Assembly: GCA_964016885.1 (NCBI GenBank)
Contig: OZ024743.1
Location: 183,396,001-183,460,000, forward strand
Direction of reading: 5' to 3'
Source: Eledone cirrhosa
Lineage: Eukaryota
DNA length: 64,000 bases
The position numbers were made by a program, and so were the translations under genes. The notes beneath the pieces are model-generated. The model saw only the letters and a list, made by a program, of their open reading frames with translations. It searched no databases and had not been told where the DNA came from. Below, in pieces: positions 63,791 to 64,000 of the stretch (position 1 is its first letter; each line of letters opens with the position of its first letter).

Positions 63791-64000
63791 CTTTGGGAGG
63801 GTCATACTGCCAATAAATACACACACAACCAGTCGGTTTTACTTCAATAAATTTCCGGTTCGTTGGTTCGATAACCGGATGGTTGTTTATATATTGTCAA
63901 AGCTCTTTTGTCACACATTCTGTGACCTCAGTGACTGGGTTTTTATTTTGTGTCCCTCCTTCGTTCAGTCTTACACCATCTTGTTTTTGTGTATTGTGTG

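Overview
AT-rich, microsatellite-dense eukaryotic DNA; the repeat repertoire (tRNA-derived SINEs, RTE LINEs with (TGA)n tails, TTAA-ended MITEs) points to an octopus/cephalopod genome (inference, no search run). Almost all short ORFs in the track are microsatellite artefacts. Real content: (1) a near full-length but broken Tx1/L1-clade LINE on the minus strand (3.77-8.55 kb); (2) an intact 1039-aa RTE-clade LINE ORF (26709-29828; APE endonuclease, RT and a PHD-type finger inside the RT), plus degenerate and truncated RTE relatives; (3) one large exon of a probable host gene for a single-pass membrane protein (19456-20159); (4) an 11.9-kb 31-bp satellite with higher-order structure whose monomer resembles the end of a local TTAA MITE; (5) many SINEs with clear target-site duplications, MITEs, Helitron-like pieces and minisatellites; (6) minimal hammerhead-ribozyme motifs at 8.7-9.1 kb and several fold-back palindromes. 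The most interesting observations are the modular RTE 3' UTR/tail system, the MITE-born satellite, the hammerhead cluster and recurrent snap-back signatures at insertion sites. No prokaryotic system, CRISPR array, rRNA or true tRNA is supported.
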